Positions 13,641 to 28,594 of a stretch of DNA of 64,000 bases are shown piece after piece (within the stretch, counting starts at the first letter, position 1; every line of letters starts with the position of its first letter). Below the pieces are notes generated by a model. It did not search any database. It was not told the DNA's origin and saw only the letters and a program-made list of their open reading frames with translations. The translations under genes were made by a program, and so were the position numbers. The stretch is from Oopsacas minuta (taxonomy: Eukaryota > Animalia > Porifera): positions 821,055 through 885,054 of the forward strand of contig JAKMXF010000022.1 in the NCBI GenBank assembly GCA_024704765.1. The letters are read 5' to 3'.

Positions 13641-14286
13641 AAACTGTGTAAGGTGTATAAATTATGTGCGATACATTGCTGAATATTTAATATTAACAAT
13701 TTGAAATACTGTCAACTTCTGTTTTATATCGAAACACAAGAAACTGCGATAATCACTTCGATATATCATTTCTCGATATACCGGGAGTTGACTAATACAT
13801 TTGGAATTCTACAAGTAGCAACAACCAGATGGCAAATTTATCTACAGGCATTCTTCAGTTTATTTGCTTGACACGAACACAGTGATTATACTTCCAAGTG
13901 CATTTAGGTATAGGACTATTATGTACTCATCTTCCGTTTACAGAACTATCGTACTTGAGTATCAACATGTTGTTTAACTCAGTAAATATGTATGCATTGA
14001 TATTAACTCAAACATTTGTCAGTAACCGGGCTAGTAATAGTGATTGATAAATTACGTATCACCACACCTGCCTCTTTTAGTATCATGACAGCACTAGCTC
14101 ACTCAATTAATAAGATGTAAATCTTAGATATTGACACAGCAGAGAAGGTTACTTGTTCATTGGAGAGATCCAACATGGCAAATACAAACATTATTAACTT
14201 AATAAAGTTAACAACTCACCTTATTACAGCTATTATACACAGTATAATGGCAACCAGTACATCTAATCAACATCTACAAGTAGTTA

Positions 14287-16620
<2,334 letters not shown>

Positions 16621-16702
16621 TTCAGCCTTCTACGTCATATAATTAGTCAACAGTAGTAATTCAATCTCTGTAAATTATTTAAAAAAATAGCTATTTTTGT
16701 CT

Positions 16703-16719
16703 TTGTTTGTTTGTTTGTC

Positions 16720-16764
<45 letters not shown>

Positions 16765-16790
16765 TCGTTGTCAAGGAAAGGATTTATGGA
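16703..16790 (+). repeat. (TTTG)n/(TCTG)n microsatellite plus the conserved 5'-subterminal motif of the Helitron-like family
   Basis: Tetranucleotide tract followed by GTTGTCAAGGAAAGGATTTATGG, also seen at ~28720, ~45325 and inverted at ~26545. Confidence 0.75.
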
Positions 16791-17786
16791 ATGCTATATT
16801 GAATTAGACTAGTTCAATTCTGATATGTTGCGTAACTATGTATTTATCGTGTTACCAAGAAAGTAAACATAATTCAATAAACTTGACAAAATATACGTAT
16901 AGAATACGCTGAAACGGATTTCCACACTTTTGAATTAATCATCTGTTAATTATTTGTTGTTTTTATGAATATAAAGTAAACAAATTGATAATTACTGAAA
17001 ATTATCACCTGCATCAACCTCTAAAAATCGTTAATTTCTCATTTTTGGTGAATTACGAGCTTTTAACTTTTAACTCAGTTCTGGAAATTATTTATTAACA
17101 GAATCGCCTCAAAATTTACAGGTACCTTCTTTTGTATTCTATGATTCAATTCTCTGAAAAAAACATGGGGTCGCTAGTCTTTTTATTATATATATTTTTT
17201 GTTTTCTCAATTTTCAATTGCCATTCTTAATATCGTGATGTGACCAACTTTAAGACTATCACACATTTACGTATAGGAGGTCAGATTATCATACTTGTCA
17301 TACGTAGTCCCATTCTAACTTTCTTTAAACTATTACCAAATAGCGATGTATGGAATCTATTTAATTAATTAAATATGGTAAATACAAATTGTAGTATAAT
17401 TTGAAATTTTGAAATAGTCACGTAAATAAATTTCTCAGAAATTAGTTAATTAATAATTATCATTTGGGGATACATCTTACATAGATAAAGAGAGTTCCAA
17501 CAAATTAAAATAGGGTGTTATAACGATTTTACTTAGCTTGATATTAGTAATCAATGTCGATGGTAAGTGCTTTTCGAAATAGTTTTAATTAACAATACGA
17601 GTCTCTTTTGGGAATAAATATATTGAAGAGAAAATTGGAATCTGCATACCGATTACCGCTTACTAGCAATTAAAAGGCAATCTCAAGCATAATTTTGAAT
17701 ATTATGCAAAAGGTGAGAAATATGATTAATTATATGATAAACCATTTAGATATAGATTGTAAATGTTAAAATTGGAATCTACATAT

Positions 17787-17882
17787 CTACGAGCCTTTGC
17801 CTCGTCGCTTCGCGATGAACTCGGTGCATTGCGCCTCGAGGTATTCAACGGACAAACAACAATTGAGATTTAATAATATTGA
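17787..17882 (-). mobile_element. Minimal (~96 bp) non-autonomous Helitron-like element
   Basis: Family 5' end (TC..TATTATTAAATCTCAATTGTTG) joined directly to the 3' hairpin (GACGAG(G/C)CAAAGGCTCGTAG). Confidence 0.55.
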
Positions 17883-17895
17883 TGTTGTTTACAAT

Positions 17896-19160
17896 ATTCA
17901 GACTCAGTATACTCGATTATTCCAGTATAGTCGTTGAAAGTATGATTCTACCTCAATTTTGAAATTTGTTTACTTTATGTATATAAAAGTAAACAAATAT
18001 TCATAATATCTTGTTTACAATACCATCTTTGGACTCAGCATACTCGATTACCCCAGTATAGTCGTTGAAAGTATGATTCTACCTCAATTTTGAAATTTGT
18101 TTACTTTATGTATATAAAAGTAAACAAATATTCATAATATCTTGTTTACAATACCATCTTTGGACTCAGCATACTCGATTACCCCAGTATAATCGTTGAA
18201 AGTATGATTCTACCTCAATTTTGAAATTTGATTACTTTATATTCATAAAAACAACAATAAATTTACATATGCGAAAGTTGAAAATGCGAAATTCGGAATC
18301 AGCGTACTTGATTACCCCTATATGACTGTTGAGAGCAGGTTGAGCCGGTTTAGCAGGTTTAACCGGTTAAGCAGGTTTAACCGGTTTAGCAGGTTTAACC
18401 GTTTAGCAGGTTGAGCCGGTTAAGCAGGTTTAACCGGTTTAGCAGGTTTAACCGGTTAAGCAGGTTTAACCGGTTTAGCAGGTTTAACCGGTTTAGCAGG
18501 TTTAACCGGTTAAGCAGGTTTAACCGGTTTAGCAGGTTTAACCGGTTTAGCAGGTTTAACCGGTTAAGCAGGTTTAACCGGTTTAGCAGGTTTAACCGGT
18601 TTAGCAGGTTTAACCGGTTAAGCAGGTTTAACCGGTTTAGCAGGTTTAACCGGTTAAGCAGGTTTAACCGGTTTAGCAGGTTTAACCGGCTCAACCTGCT
18701 CTCAACAGTCATATAAGGGTAATCAAGTACGCTGATTTTGAATTTCGCATTTTCAAATTTCTCATATGTAAATTTATTGTTGTTTTTATGAATATAAAGT
18801 AAACAAATAGTTGAAATCTCGAATTATACTTAGAGACTTGCTCTCAACAGACATATAGGGGTAATCAAGTACGCTGATTTTGAATTTCGCATTTTCAACT
18901 TTCGCATATGTAAATTTATTGTTGTTTTTATGAATATAAAGTAAACACATTTCTAAATAGTCCCAGAAAATTGGTTTAACGATGATTCTAGGGTAATTGA
19001 GTACGCTAATTCCAATTGTGGTGTTGTCTACAACAAATCGCGAATAACTGTCGTTGTTTAGGTGTATAAGGCAAGTAAAATTCTAAATAGTATCAGAAAC
19101 TTAGTTCCAATGGCTATACTGGGTAATTGAGTACGCTGATTCCGAATTTCCCACTTTCAA
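17896..19160. repeat. Cluster of ~130-150 bp internal units of the Helitron-like family, in both orientations
   Basis: Tandem copies of GGGTAAT(C/T)(A/G)AGTA(C/T)GCTGA...TTTATG(A/T)ATATAAAGTAAACAAAT. The same unit occurs at 26380-26420 and 32990-33330. Confidence 0.8.
18335..18690. repeat. 18-bp tandem array AGCAGGTTTAACCGGTT(T/A), ~19-20 units, at the centre of a long palindrome
   Basis: Directly visible; flanked by ~120-bp inverted arms 18232-18350 / 18682-18802. Confidence 0.95.
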
Positions 19161-19668
19161 ATTACTCCTATCTAAATAATTGTTGCTCCTCTATATAAAA
19201 TTCGAGCTACGAATTGCCGAAATCCATGCGAACACTCTGTGTTCACAAGCCGTGTAGCTGCTCGTTTTCTTTAAGTGGCCATAAATGATCGTTATCTTTA
19301 AGTCACCATAAAGTTGTATGAATCAAAGTTGCACCATGGAAGATTGGCTTGATTATTAATCTCAATTGCTGTATCAGTTTGTTATATGTCAATCATTGCA
19401 TTCTATTTAGAATTGTAGCGGTCTGTCCAGTGGTGCTTGCCAAAACGAAGTGGGGAAAAGCGTCGCCCCCCCTCCTCATCCCCTAAAAGGCCCCCACTCG
19501 CTCTAATAAGCAGCCCGGCCTTGTCCAATCCAAGCCAGTCCAGTCAGCCTGGTCCCGGTCCAGAATTTAGTACAAGCTGCATTACGTAATTTGTTTTATG
19601 ACTATACATATCTATTTACAAAATTATCCAGAACATACAAATTCAAATATAATCGCATATAAATATAT

Positions 19669-20388
19669 TTACGACTGTGTACCTTCCTTGTTTGATAACG
19701 AAAGGAGAACCTTATCAACCCACAATGCGATATCATTGAATTCTTCTTCACACACCCAGTGTCCTAATTCTCCATAAGTTTTAAAATGAATTTTATCAAA
19801 CCACTTCCCTATTTTCTTATGAGTATTGTTACACCAGTCAATAGATATCAATTTATCTTTAACTCCATGTGCGTAGAACAGAGGTGTGTCTCTATTCACC
19901 CCTGTCAACAGCTTTGAGATATCTTGAATTAGAGTTAAGTATGAGCTTAATATAATTACTCCGCCCAGTTTGAACTTAGTAGTCAATGCAGTAATTAATG
20001 TAATTGCTCCTCCTTGAGATATTCCTGCTATGATAATCCTATCTGTGGGTATTCCTTTCTGTGTTTCTTCAATGATAACTGATTCCAAGAACGTACAAGA
20101 TTTCATGATACCCCCATAATCCTCGTTTTTAGGATTTTCAATCAATTGAAATGTATCAAACCATGATGGCATAATATGTCCATTGTTTACTGTTACAGGC
20201 ATACTAGTAGCTGTAGGAAATACATAGTTGATGTCATCACGAGCGATACACTTGAAGTATTCAATCCAAGTATTGCCAACGTCTCCTAATCCATGAAGAA
20301 ATATTATACTGCCCGAGTGGTGGCTCTTAGCAGGGATACCACAGTGTATTTTGCTCTTGCCTCCTAAACAAAAATACCTTAGTAACAA
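19669..20388 (-). CDS. Acyl-protein thioesterase / lysophospholipase paralog (divergent); 5' end unresolved
   Basis: 'IFLHGLGD', 'MPSWFD', nucleophile 'GISQGG', 'HGVKD' Asp, 'LGH' His. No in-frame ATG upstream of HGLGD was found; the ORF starts at TTG. Confidence 0.82.
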   Translation of the reverse strand: MLLRYFCLGGKSKIHCGIPAKSHHSGSIIFLHGLGDVGNTWIEYFKCIARDDINYVFPTATSMPVTVNNGHIMPSWFDTFQLIENPKNEDYGGIMKSCTFLESVIIEETQKGIPTDRIIIAGISQGGAITLITALTTKFKLGGVIILSSYLTLIQDISKLLTGVNRDTPLFYAHGVKDKLISIDWCNNTHKKIGKWFDKIHFKTYGELGHWVCEEEFNDIALWVDKVLLSLSNKEGTQS

Positions 20389-20510
20389 AAACTACTGGAA
20401 TACTAAATACACGCTAACCACACTACGAGAACTTAGTATGCCATTTTCTGTTCACAAAACTTTCAAGAAAACAAATTCAGCTTCCCATTAATCGGAATTC
20501 TCTATATATA

Positions 20511-20675
20511 CAGTAGAGTTTCCGAATAACGGACACATTGGGGACATCGCTTAGGTCCGTTTTAGGGACTTGTCCGCTTCTCGGAGACTCTAAAGTATTA
20601 CATATATGATTGCTAATTCATTCCGGTCCAGGAGGTTTACCGTTGTAGATGGAGTGTCCGTTTTGGAGACTCCAC
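20511..20675. mobile_element. Degenerate Tigger-like MITE just upstream of the LYPLA paralog
   Basis: TA-CAGTAGAGTTTCCGAATAACGGACAC vs rc GTGGAGTCTCCAAAACGGACAC. Confidence 0.4.
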
Positions 20676-22925
20676 CCCTGGGAGTAGCAAATATGTTCTT
20701 ATAATCGGTATATTTTATGCAAGAGTATATGAGAACCGTTTTCCAGAGAGGGTGATTCTCATATTCGATATGTTCTTATAAGCGATCCCACTAGGCAACT
20801 GTATATCTTCAGTATTGTTGTTCTTACCTTCAAATTTAGTGAAGCCTGATTTTATAGGAGAATCCTCATTAAACTCTGCCATACAGCCTGGACTCTAGGC
20901 AGATTTAAGAGAAAGAATTCTACATATATTTTACATTAAGTTATTGAAAAGTTTAAAGGATTCGTATAGGTATTATATCATATTTACTTTCGAATACAGT
21001 CAGTTTCTTACACGAACACTTCACTACACGGATAATATAATTCGCTATAGGACACTTCGGTACACGGGCACACACGGGTACACAAATAAATATATTACTT
21101 GGGTTGGGTGTGTATCGGAAGCATATAGGAGTGTTTGAAGGAATCTTACAAATGTAGGTTATACTTTGAATGTATTTAATTTTTGTATAATTAATAGTAG
21201 GTTCGGAAATCCAGCGAATTTTGGTGTTGTGTGCAAACCTTGCCACAAGCAATGATTGTAACAAGTTTATTACTAAGTTCAGCTAAATTTTACTACATGT
21301 CTACGCCAGACAATGACGTATCTTTGGATAGTGCTTGCATACCGCAATTTTTAACACTTTATTAATTTACTAAATCAAGGTGTGTAGAACGCACACATCG
21401 AATTATAGTAATATGATAGGTATACTACCTAGTCCAGCTTCTTGCGCAATTGAATCTACACTCTTGTTAACTTTTCATAATGAACTACCAATACGAACCG
21501 GAATCACCCACATACTCAGAAGGAGACAACCACTCTGATTACGACGAAGACTCTTACAATCTCCTCTTAGCATTATGTGGCCATACACAGAGCTTAGCTA
21601 CCCCGGTAGCGACCATAAAGTCTGTGATCCAAAGGGCAGGTCAGCTCTGACTGACCAGGGAATGCCCATTTCTGACGTGGCAAGTCCGCCTGCACCTGAT
21701 ACGTCACAAATGGCCTTGCCTGACAAACAAGGCCTACCATCACCTCCAGGTGACCCTATGGCAGGCTCTACGCCTGATCAAATGGCTACTACCCCAGTAG
21801 GGCACCAAGTAAAAGTACTTGTACACTGCAGACACTACCGACTGAGACATTATCTCAACTAAGCTCCAGTAATACGCCCACACAGGCTACTGTCAGCCAG
21901 GAAATTCCTACGGCAACAAATAGCCTATCAGTCGCCCCCACTGCCACTCAGGAACCAAACCTCACACGCACCTTTTTCGACCTATTAAACTTGGTTGAGC
22001 GGAAGTTCTTCACCGAAGTCCACAAGAGGTCTCCCCTTATTTGGAGAAGCATTTCACCAATATTCTGAACCTAAACCAGAGACTTGAAATGATTAAGCGT
22101 TATAAACGCCCAGATATCCCTTCCACGAGGGTTAAAAGCTGGATAATTTGTTCCAAAGATCGGACCTTCTTGCTTTGAGAACTAGAGACGGCACCTACAA
22201 GGAAATACAAAAGGCTACTATGTTCTCAGTTGGTCCTCTGTATGAGCTTCTTGGAAAGCTTATAGCAGGCGACTCTGTCCAACCGACACAAATAATTGAG
22301 TACATCTCAGCATCCCATATTCTTATCGGCTCAGCTGTAGCCAACACAGTCCGAACTTGTAGTAAGCACGCTTTGCAGGCTATCAACCCTTCGCTAGTGA
22401 ACGAGCTAAACAATCTCTTCCTCGACCCGGACCCCACCACCTCAAAACACTCAGAGAGATCAACAGCGACCAGTCGCAACTTGACAGGTTATCAAAACCC
22501 CCCAAACCGTCCAGTTACGGTAAACCTCCCCAACATTCAAATCAGTTTTTTCGGAAGAGTCCCATTGATGGAACGGGCACCAGTGGGATGTTCCAACAAC
22601 ACCACCCAGTTCAGTACCCCAAACCCAGCCAATACAAGCCAAATTACTAAAAGGGATTCAACGCATTCCAGGGGAAACACTAGCCCCCCTCAACCTCTTG
22701 GAGAGGTTCACACACCCCATACGGGCGCTCCCGGACGCAGCCCGACTACCCCACTTCTTATACAACTGGCTGCTTATCCACCCTGGACCCGAAACTTTGT
22801 CCTACATCAAAGGGGTCTCACTCAATCCCCTTCAAATTATCCACCGAACAGCTCATCCTCGCAATTCGATATCAACTCAATAGCAATACCTAGCAGCGGA
22901 CCAAGAGATAATTCGCTTTTTAGCT

Positions 22926-24089
22926 ATGTGGGCAATCGAGACTGTACAGTCTCCACATTTCCTGAGCCCAATTTTCCTCCGTCCCAAAGCCTCTGGCAAA
23001 TGGAGGCTAATCCTCAACCTAAAGGAACTCAATAAATATCTGAATCCCCCTCATTTCAAGATGGAGGGTCTGCATTGTCTGCAATACACAGTCGCCAAGG
23101 GAGACTGGATGGCCAAAATAGACCTGAAAGACGCATACCTCGCGGTCTCGATTCTAGAGGACTCAAGGAAATTTTTCCAATTCATTTGGAAGTACAATGT
23201 CTACGAATATATCGCGATGCCATTTGGGCTAAACATGAAGGTAGCTATCCCAGTAGCACCTCTATTCTACCGAGATCTACAATTCGATCTAATCTCTGCA
23301 TTACACAAATCAAACAGCTACAATCAGAATGTAGTACTATCACAGCCATTCTTGGGGAACATCGCTTGGTGGATAACAGACGTCACCAATTGGAACTCCA
23401 ATCCAATTATGAAGCCGGAAATAAGTCTGGTTATTCAGACTGACGCCTCGCTGACAGGCTGGGGAGCCTATTGCCTCAGAAGAGGGCTTCAGGGGCATGG
23501 AATACCCAGGAGAAGAGCTGCCACATCAATATACTAGAGCTAAAAGCTGCCTTCTTTGGAGTGAAACTATATGCCGCTCCAAAAACACATGTTTTAATAC
23601 AAACAGACAACCACAACGATTCGATATATCAACAAATTTGGGAGCACTCATTCCTCTCATCTATGTCAGATAGCTACACAGCTACTGGCCTATACAATGC
23701 ACCTCCGCATCACACTGACTGCGGAATACATCCCTGGCAAGGAAAACACAACTGCGGACGCACTATCCCGCATAGTCAACCCATACCAATACGAATGGCG
23801 CATTTCCCCGATAATTTTCAAATCCATTCTTCATCACACCCAATTGAACCCCAACATAGATCTATTTGCCTCTCAGCTAAACAGCCGACTGCCGAAGTTT
23901 GTAAGCTGGCGCCCAGACCCAGAAGCCTGGGCAGTCAATGCCTTTGTGTTGAAATGGCAGAGTCTGAGAGCAACACTCTACATGTTCCCACCACCAATCC
24001 TCATAGGCCGGATCTTATCCAAGCTGAACAAGGAGAAAGTTCCAACAGCAATTCTGATATCTCCGTTTTGGCCCAGTAGGCCATGGTGA
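22926..24089 (+). pseudogene. DIRS pol remnant: RT N-terminal half, RNase H and Dam-like methyltransferase domain
   Basis: 'SPIFLRPKASGKWRLILNLKELN', 'KIDLKDAY', 'MPFGL', 'QTDASLTGWGA', 'HINILELKA', 'YIPGKENTTADALSR', 'IDLFAS', 'YMFPPPILI'. Frameshifted, and the YxDD region is absent. Confidence 0.85.
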
Positions 24090-24099
24090 ACCCTTACTC

Positions 24100-25143
24100 C
24101 TGGAGTCACTTATACAACCACCAGTACTACTGCCCCAGAGCGAAACACTACTAACCAACCCACTAGGGAATTGTCATCCTCAGCCAAACACCACCAAATG
24201 AGACTGTTCGTCTGTGTGACATCCGGGGACTCCTCAAGGACAAAGGAATTCCAGACAGACCTCTCGAGATCATTCTTAGCTCATGGTGTACTTCCACAAA
24301 GAAGTCTTATAAGTGTGCTTTGAATGCCTGGTCATGTTGGTGTCTGCAAAGGCCGAGCAATCCCTTGGACCCACTACAAATGATTTGTTAGCTTTCCTAG
24401 CTGAAAAATTCGATGATGGGAAATCCTCAAGCTGGATCGCTACCTTACGATCAGCCCTCTCCACCACTCCGCGATTGCCGGGAATACTCAAGGGATCAAG
24501 GACCCACTGATACCCAGGCTACTCAAAGGAATAGACAATATCCAGCCAAAGAGACCAAGGTACGACAACACATGGGACGTAAGTCTCTTGCTTGATTATT
24601 TCAAATCTCCTGGGACAGACCTAACCAATATTAAGTACCTTTCAAAGAAAGCAGTAACACTAATTGCCATTACTACAGCTGCACGTTGCTCTGAAATAGC
24701 CTCTATGGACACCAAATACACCTCCACTCAGGGCAATAGCATACTTTGCCAAATTGCTCATTCTAAAACCTGGAAGAGAAGCACAATGAAGCCAATCATT
24801 GTCACCTACTTCAGCGAATGTAACCTCATCTGCCTTGCAACTACTCTAAACGCATACTTAAATATGACAGGAATTGAGATCAAGTGATCCCTCCCCAGCA
24901 TTCATCAGCCTATCCAAACCCCACAAATCCGTAACTGCCTCAACGATTGGCAGATGGATTAAAGACACCCTTGCTTTGGCTGGCATCGACACCAGCGTGT
25001 ACAAAGCTTACTCCACACGATCGGCCTCAACATCCCAAGTCGCTAGGGCTGGTATGCCAGTCGAGCAAATATTAAAAGTTGGTGATTGGTCGAACACCAA
25101 CACCTTCCAGAAATTTTATCACAGGGACACAAGTGACAAGTGA
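24100..25143 (+). pseudogene. DIRS tyrosine recombinase remnant
   Basis: 'AARCSEI', 'KAYSTRSASTS' (HSTR position), 'GDWS', 'FQKFY'; split over several frames. Confidence 0.85.
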
Positions 25144-25621
25144 AACGTCACCGAGGCATACGTGACCTTCGCGAACAATGTATTATCGTCAGATAAGTAG
25201 TCTTGCCTTAGTTCAACATAGCACATAGAATTAGTAACCACTTGAGCTCTTAGCACAATACACTTTAGAATCTCTAGGGGTGGTTACCCACTTTACACTT
25301 ACCCTATATTCACTAGTTAATTAAAGTTAGTAGGTTTCAAATATCTTTTTCATTGATTCTTACTACCGGATCAACGGCTATCCAAAGATACGTCATTGTC
25401 TGGCTTCGCCATTTGAAGAATTCTAAATTTAATGTAGAAAGTTAATGAGAACTTCAATATTTGGGCTAAAGCAAACAACTATTAATTATACAAAAATTTA
25501 ATACTTTCAAAGTAGCCCTATTTTGTGCTAGTTGTATAACAATTGTTACCCTTCGGAAAACTCGCACTCGAACACCAAACTTGAAAGCATAAGAAGGTGT
25601 ACTGTAATGGTTTGGCTAGGT

Positions 25622-25761
25622 TAGTGGTTCTCAATCTTTTTTCACCCGGGACCCTCTTTGGTCAAATTTATGTGGTTCGGACCTCCTGTCCTAAACCTAA
25701 TGCAAACCCTTTAGGGCCACGGATATCCTAGGAATCGCGTACCCCAGTTTGCGAACCACTG
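25622..25761. mobile_element. hAT (Charlie/MER5-like) MITE, 140 bp
   Basis: TIR TAGTGGTTCTCAA / rc CAGTGGTTCGCAA; 8-bp TSD GGCTAGGT / GCCTAGGT. Confidence 0.8.
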
Positions 25762-25889
25762 GCCTAGGTAACCATCTTTATCTAGTGGGCGTATCATGTA
25801 GGGGCTAATTGTATGTGCGAATATGTAAAATACTCTAATTTTTAACCAGAAAATTGGTTGATAGTAATCTAAGTAGAAGCAGTAAAAAC

Positions 25890-28200
25890 ATGGCTGACGA
25901 AGTAAAATTAACAGGCCCTGGTTACCCAAGTCCTCTTGCAGCGATGAAAGGTCCGAGAGAGAAGCTTCTTTATGTACCAGCAATCTACACCGGCACTACA
26001 GTGAAAAAGCCCGACTACTTGGCTACCGTGGACGTGAATCCGGAATCACCCAACTTCTGTAAGATCATACACAGGCTACCCATGCCTTATACTGGTATGT
26101 ACAATTAATATTCGTAAATTTAACTAATACGAGCCTTTGGCTCGTCGCATTCCACCTCGAGATATCCATTATTCTCCAGATTGACGGTCCCTTTGAGTAT
26201 TATAATATAGATATATTTAGAACAATGTAATTCACAAAAATACGTATATATGGCATATATGTTATTGAATTATTTTGTATGATCAACCCTCTTTATAGCC
26301 GTTGAGGGCAAGTATCGTATTGTGTTACCCCTGTGTAGCCGTTTAGAGCAAACCTGTATAAAGATTTTGAAATTTGGCTAATACGTTTACTTTATATTCA
26401 TAAAAACAACAATAAATTTACATATGATTCATCCAAAAGCGTGAAAATCGGATTCAGCATGTTCGATATATTTAGTGAAGTTTTATTGAAGACTATTTAC
26501 TTCCTTGATAAACACTTTGCGACAATTTCAAAATTGCATACCCTAAATCCTTCCCTTGACAACGGACACACAAACAAACAAACAACAATTGAGATTTAAT
26601 AATATAGATTTGTACTGTGCGAGTATTTAAACGTTACGGGACGCAAAATTTGCTATATAGCTGAAGATTAGGGCCCATCAGAAATTAAAAGTTGAAAGAA
26701 GCAGGCATAGAACTCAGATAAGATGCCCACTCGTTTAATTAATGCATACCAAGGTTTAAACCGCTTGAACTGAATATTAGAATTCATGAATAGCAGCCTT
26801 ACATGATAATATTTGGTTTTGATCAACCGAATGCCATGCCTATACTCATACAACTTCAGTTAGTGACTGAATATTGAACAATTCGGTTACAAAATACAAA
26901 TTTTGTTTCCCGAAAGGGACGTCTTATCCGAGTTCTACTGTAGTTTAGTAAACCTGAGAATAGTAACTATGTCTTAACTTTAGGAGATGAGCTACATCAT
27001 ACCGGATGGAATGCCTGCAGCAGCTGTTTCCACCAGCCTGAGAAAAGGAGGAGACATCTGATCCTACCCGCCCTCATGTCAGGACGTGTCTACGTCATTG
27101 ACACCTTCTCTGACCCCTTAGCACCCAAAATCCATAAAGTTGTAGAGTCAGAAGAAATAGTAGCGAAGGCAGGATGCACACACCCACACACTTCCCATTG
27201 CTTAGGAAGTGGAGAGGTTATGATCTCATTTATGGGAGATAAGGAAGGAAAGGCAAGAGGGAGCTTCCTGCTGCTTGATGATAAATTTGACGTGAAAGGT
27301 ACCTGGGAGAAGGAAGAAGAGAGGACTGATTATGGATACGACTTCTGGTACCAGCCTTATCACAATGTCATGATTAGCTCAGAGTGGGGAGAACCAGCTT
27401 CCTTCACGAAAGGATTTGACCCTTCATTAGTTGATACAAAGTATGGACGCTGTTTGCATGTGTGGGACTGGAAAGAAAGGAAACACGTGCAGAAAATAGA
27501 TCTAGGTGTAGATGGATTGATACCGTTGGAGCTCAGGTTCATGCACGATCCCAAGAAATCGATAGGTTTCGTCGGTGCGGCTTTATCAAGCAATGTATTG
27601 CAATTCTATAAGGCAGACAACAATGAGTGGAAAGTTAAGAAAGTAATTGATGTTCCAGCTAAAGAGGTTGAAGGATGGGCACTGCCAAATATGCCCAGCT
27701 TAATTACGGATATCCTCCTATCCCTAGACGATAAATTCATTTATTTCGCGAATTGGCTACACGGTGATATCAGACAGTATGACATCACAGATCCAGACAA
27801 TCCTAAATTAGTAGGACAGTTATTCACCGGGGGTAGTATAAGGAAGGGAGGACCTGTTATAGTGAAAGGAGGGGAGGAGCAGCCAGAGATACCAACTGTT
27901 CAAGGACATGAGTTATACGGGGGCCCACAGATGATACAACTGAGCTTAGATGGAAAGCGTATTTATGTAACCAATTCTCTGTTCAGTGGTTGGGATAATC
28001 AATTCTATCCAGACATGATAAAGAACGGTAGTTACATTCTACAAATTGATGTAGACACTGAAAATGGTGGACTCAAAATCAACCCAGATTTCTATGTTGA
28101 TTTCAGCAATGAGCCTGATGGTCCTGCTCTAGCTCACGAGATTCGCTACCCTGGAGGAGACTGCAGTAGCGATATATGGCTTGTATCTGAAGACAATTGA
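25890..28200 (+). CDS. SELENBP1: Selenium-binding protein 1 / methanethiol oxidase, 2 exons
   Basis: Exon 1 25890-26094 ('[20 protein letters not shown]'); exon 2 26984-28200 ('[14 protein letters not shown]', '[18 protein letters not shown]', '[18 protein letters not shown]', '[15 protein letters not shown]'). Confidence 0.95.
26124..26608 (-). mobile_element. Non-autonomous Helitron-like element in the SELENBP1 intron
   Basis: 5' TCTATATTATTAAATCTC, microsatellite, 3' hairpin ACGAGCC-AAA-GGCTCGT followed by ATTAG; inserted between A and T, no TSD. Confidence 0.7.
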
Positions 28201-28493
28201 TCTCAGACTCAAGCGCTATCTTATCCCAAAGTTAATATGTACTCTCATTAGTTTCATAGAATTAGGCATAGATAATGTCAGAACTTTATTCGAATTTCGT
28301 CAAATCGTTTCTAAACTTTATCTTATCACTATAGGCCCTCCTTATTCATTATTAAATATATCAGTATAGTAGCAGTGTTTCATCTAGCCCACTCAGAGGG
28401 GGTTAGTCTCCAAAAAACAGGCCATGACCTTACAGAAAGATGGTAGATACCATTTTTCACACCTATTAGCAGGTTATTTCAAGGTTTAACGTA

Positions 28494-28594
28494 CAGTAGA
28501 CTCTCGTTAATACATACACCAGGGGACTGCCAAAATACGTACTCCTTATCCGGAGTTACTCTTTAATCGTGTTCGTATTAACGAGACTCTACTG
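28494..28594. mobile_element. pogo/Tigger-like MITE, 101 bp
   Basis: TIR CAGTAGACTCTCGTTAATAC / rc CAGTAGAGTCTCGTTAATAC, TA at both flanks. Confidence 0.8.

Larger units (their letters stand above)
21305..25404 (+). mobile_element. DIRS1-like tyrosine-recombinase retrotransposon, degenerate
   Basis: Gag-like, RT/RNase H, methyltransferase-like and YR coding remnants, bounded by a perfect 27-bp inverted repeat GCCAGACAATGACGTATCTTTGGATAG (21305-21331 / 25378-25404). Confidence 0.88.

Noticed and set aside
18335-18690. Possible CRISPR array or telomeric repeat
   Set aside because: There are no unique spacers or cas genes, the context is eukaryotic, and the unit is not TTAGGG-like or G-strand biased.
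18395-18716. Two ORFs of repeated hexapeptides (LNLLNR / FSRFNR) that superficially resemble leucine-rich repeats
   Set aside because: By-products of a stop-free 18-bp DNA repeat that is open on both strands; no coding context.
19430-19570. GC-rich island with CCAGT repeats
   Set aside because: No TIR/TSD pair, RNA-gene fold or second copy could be identified by eye.
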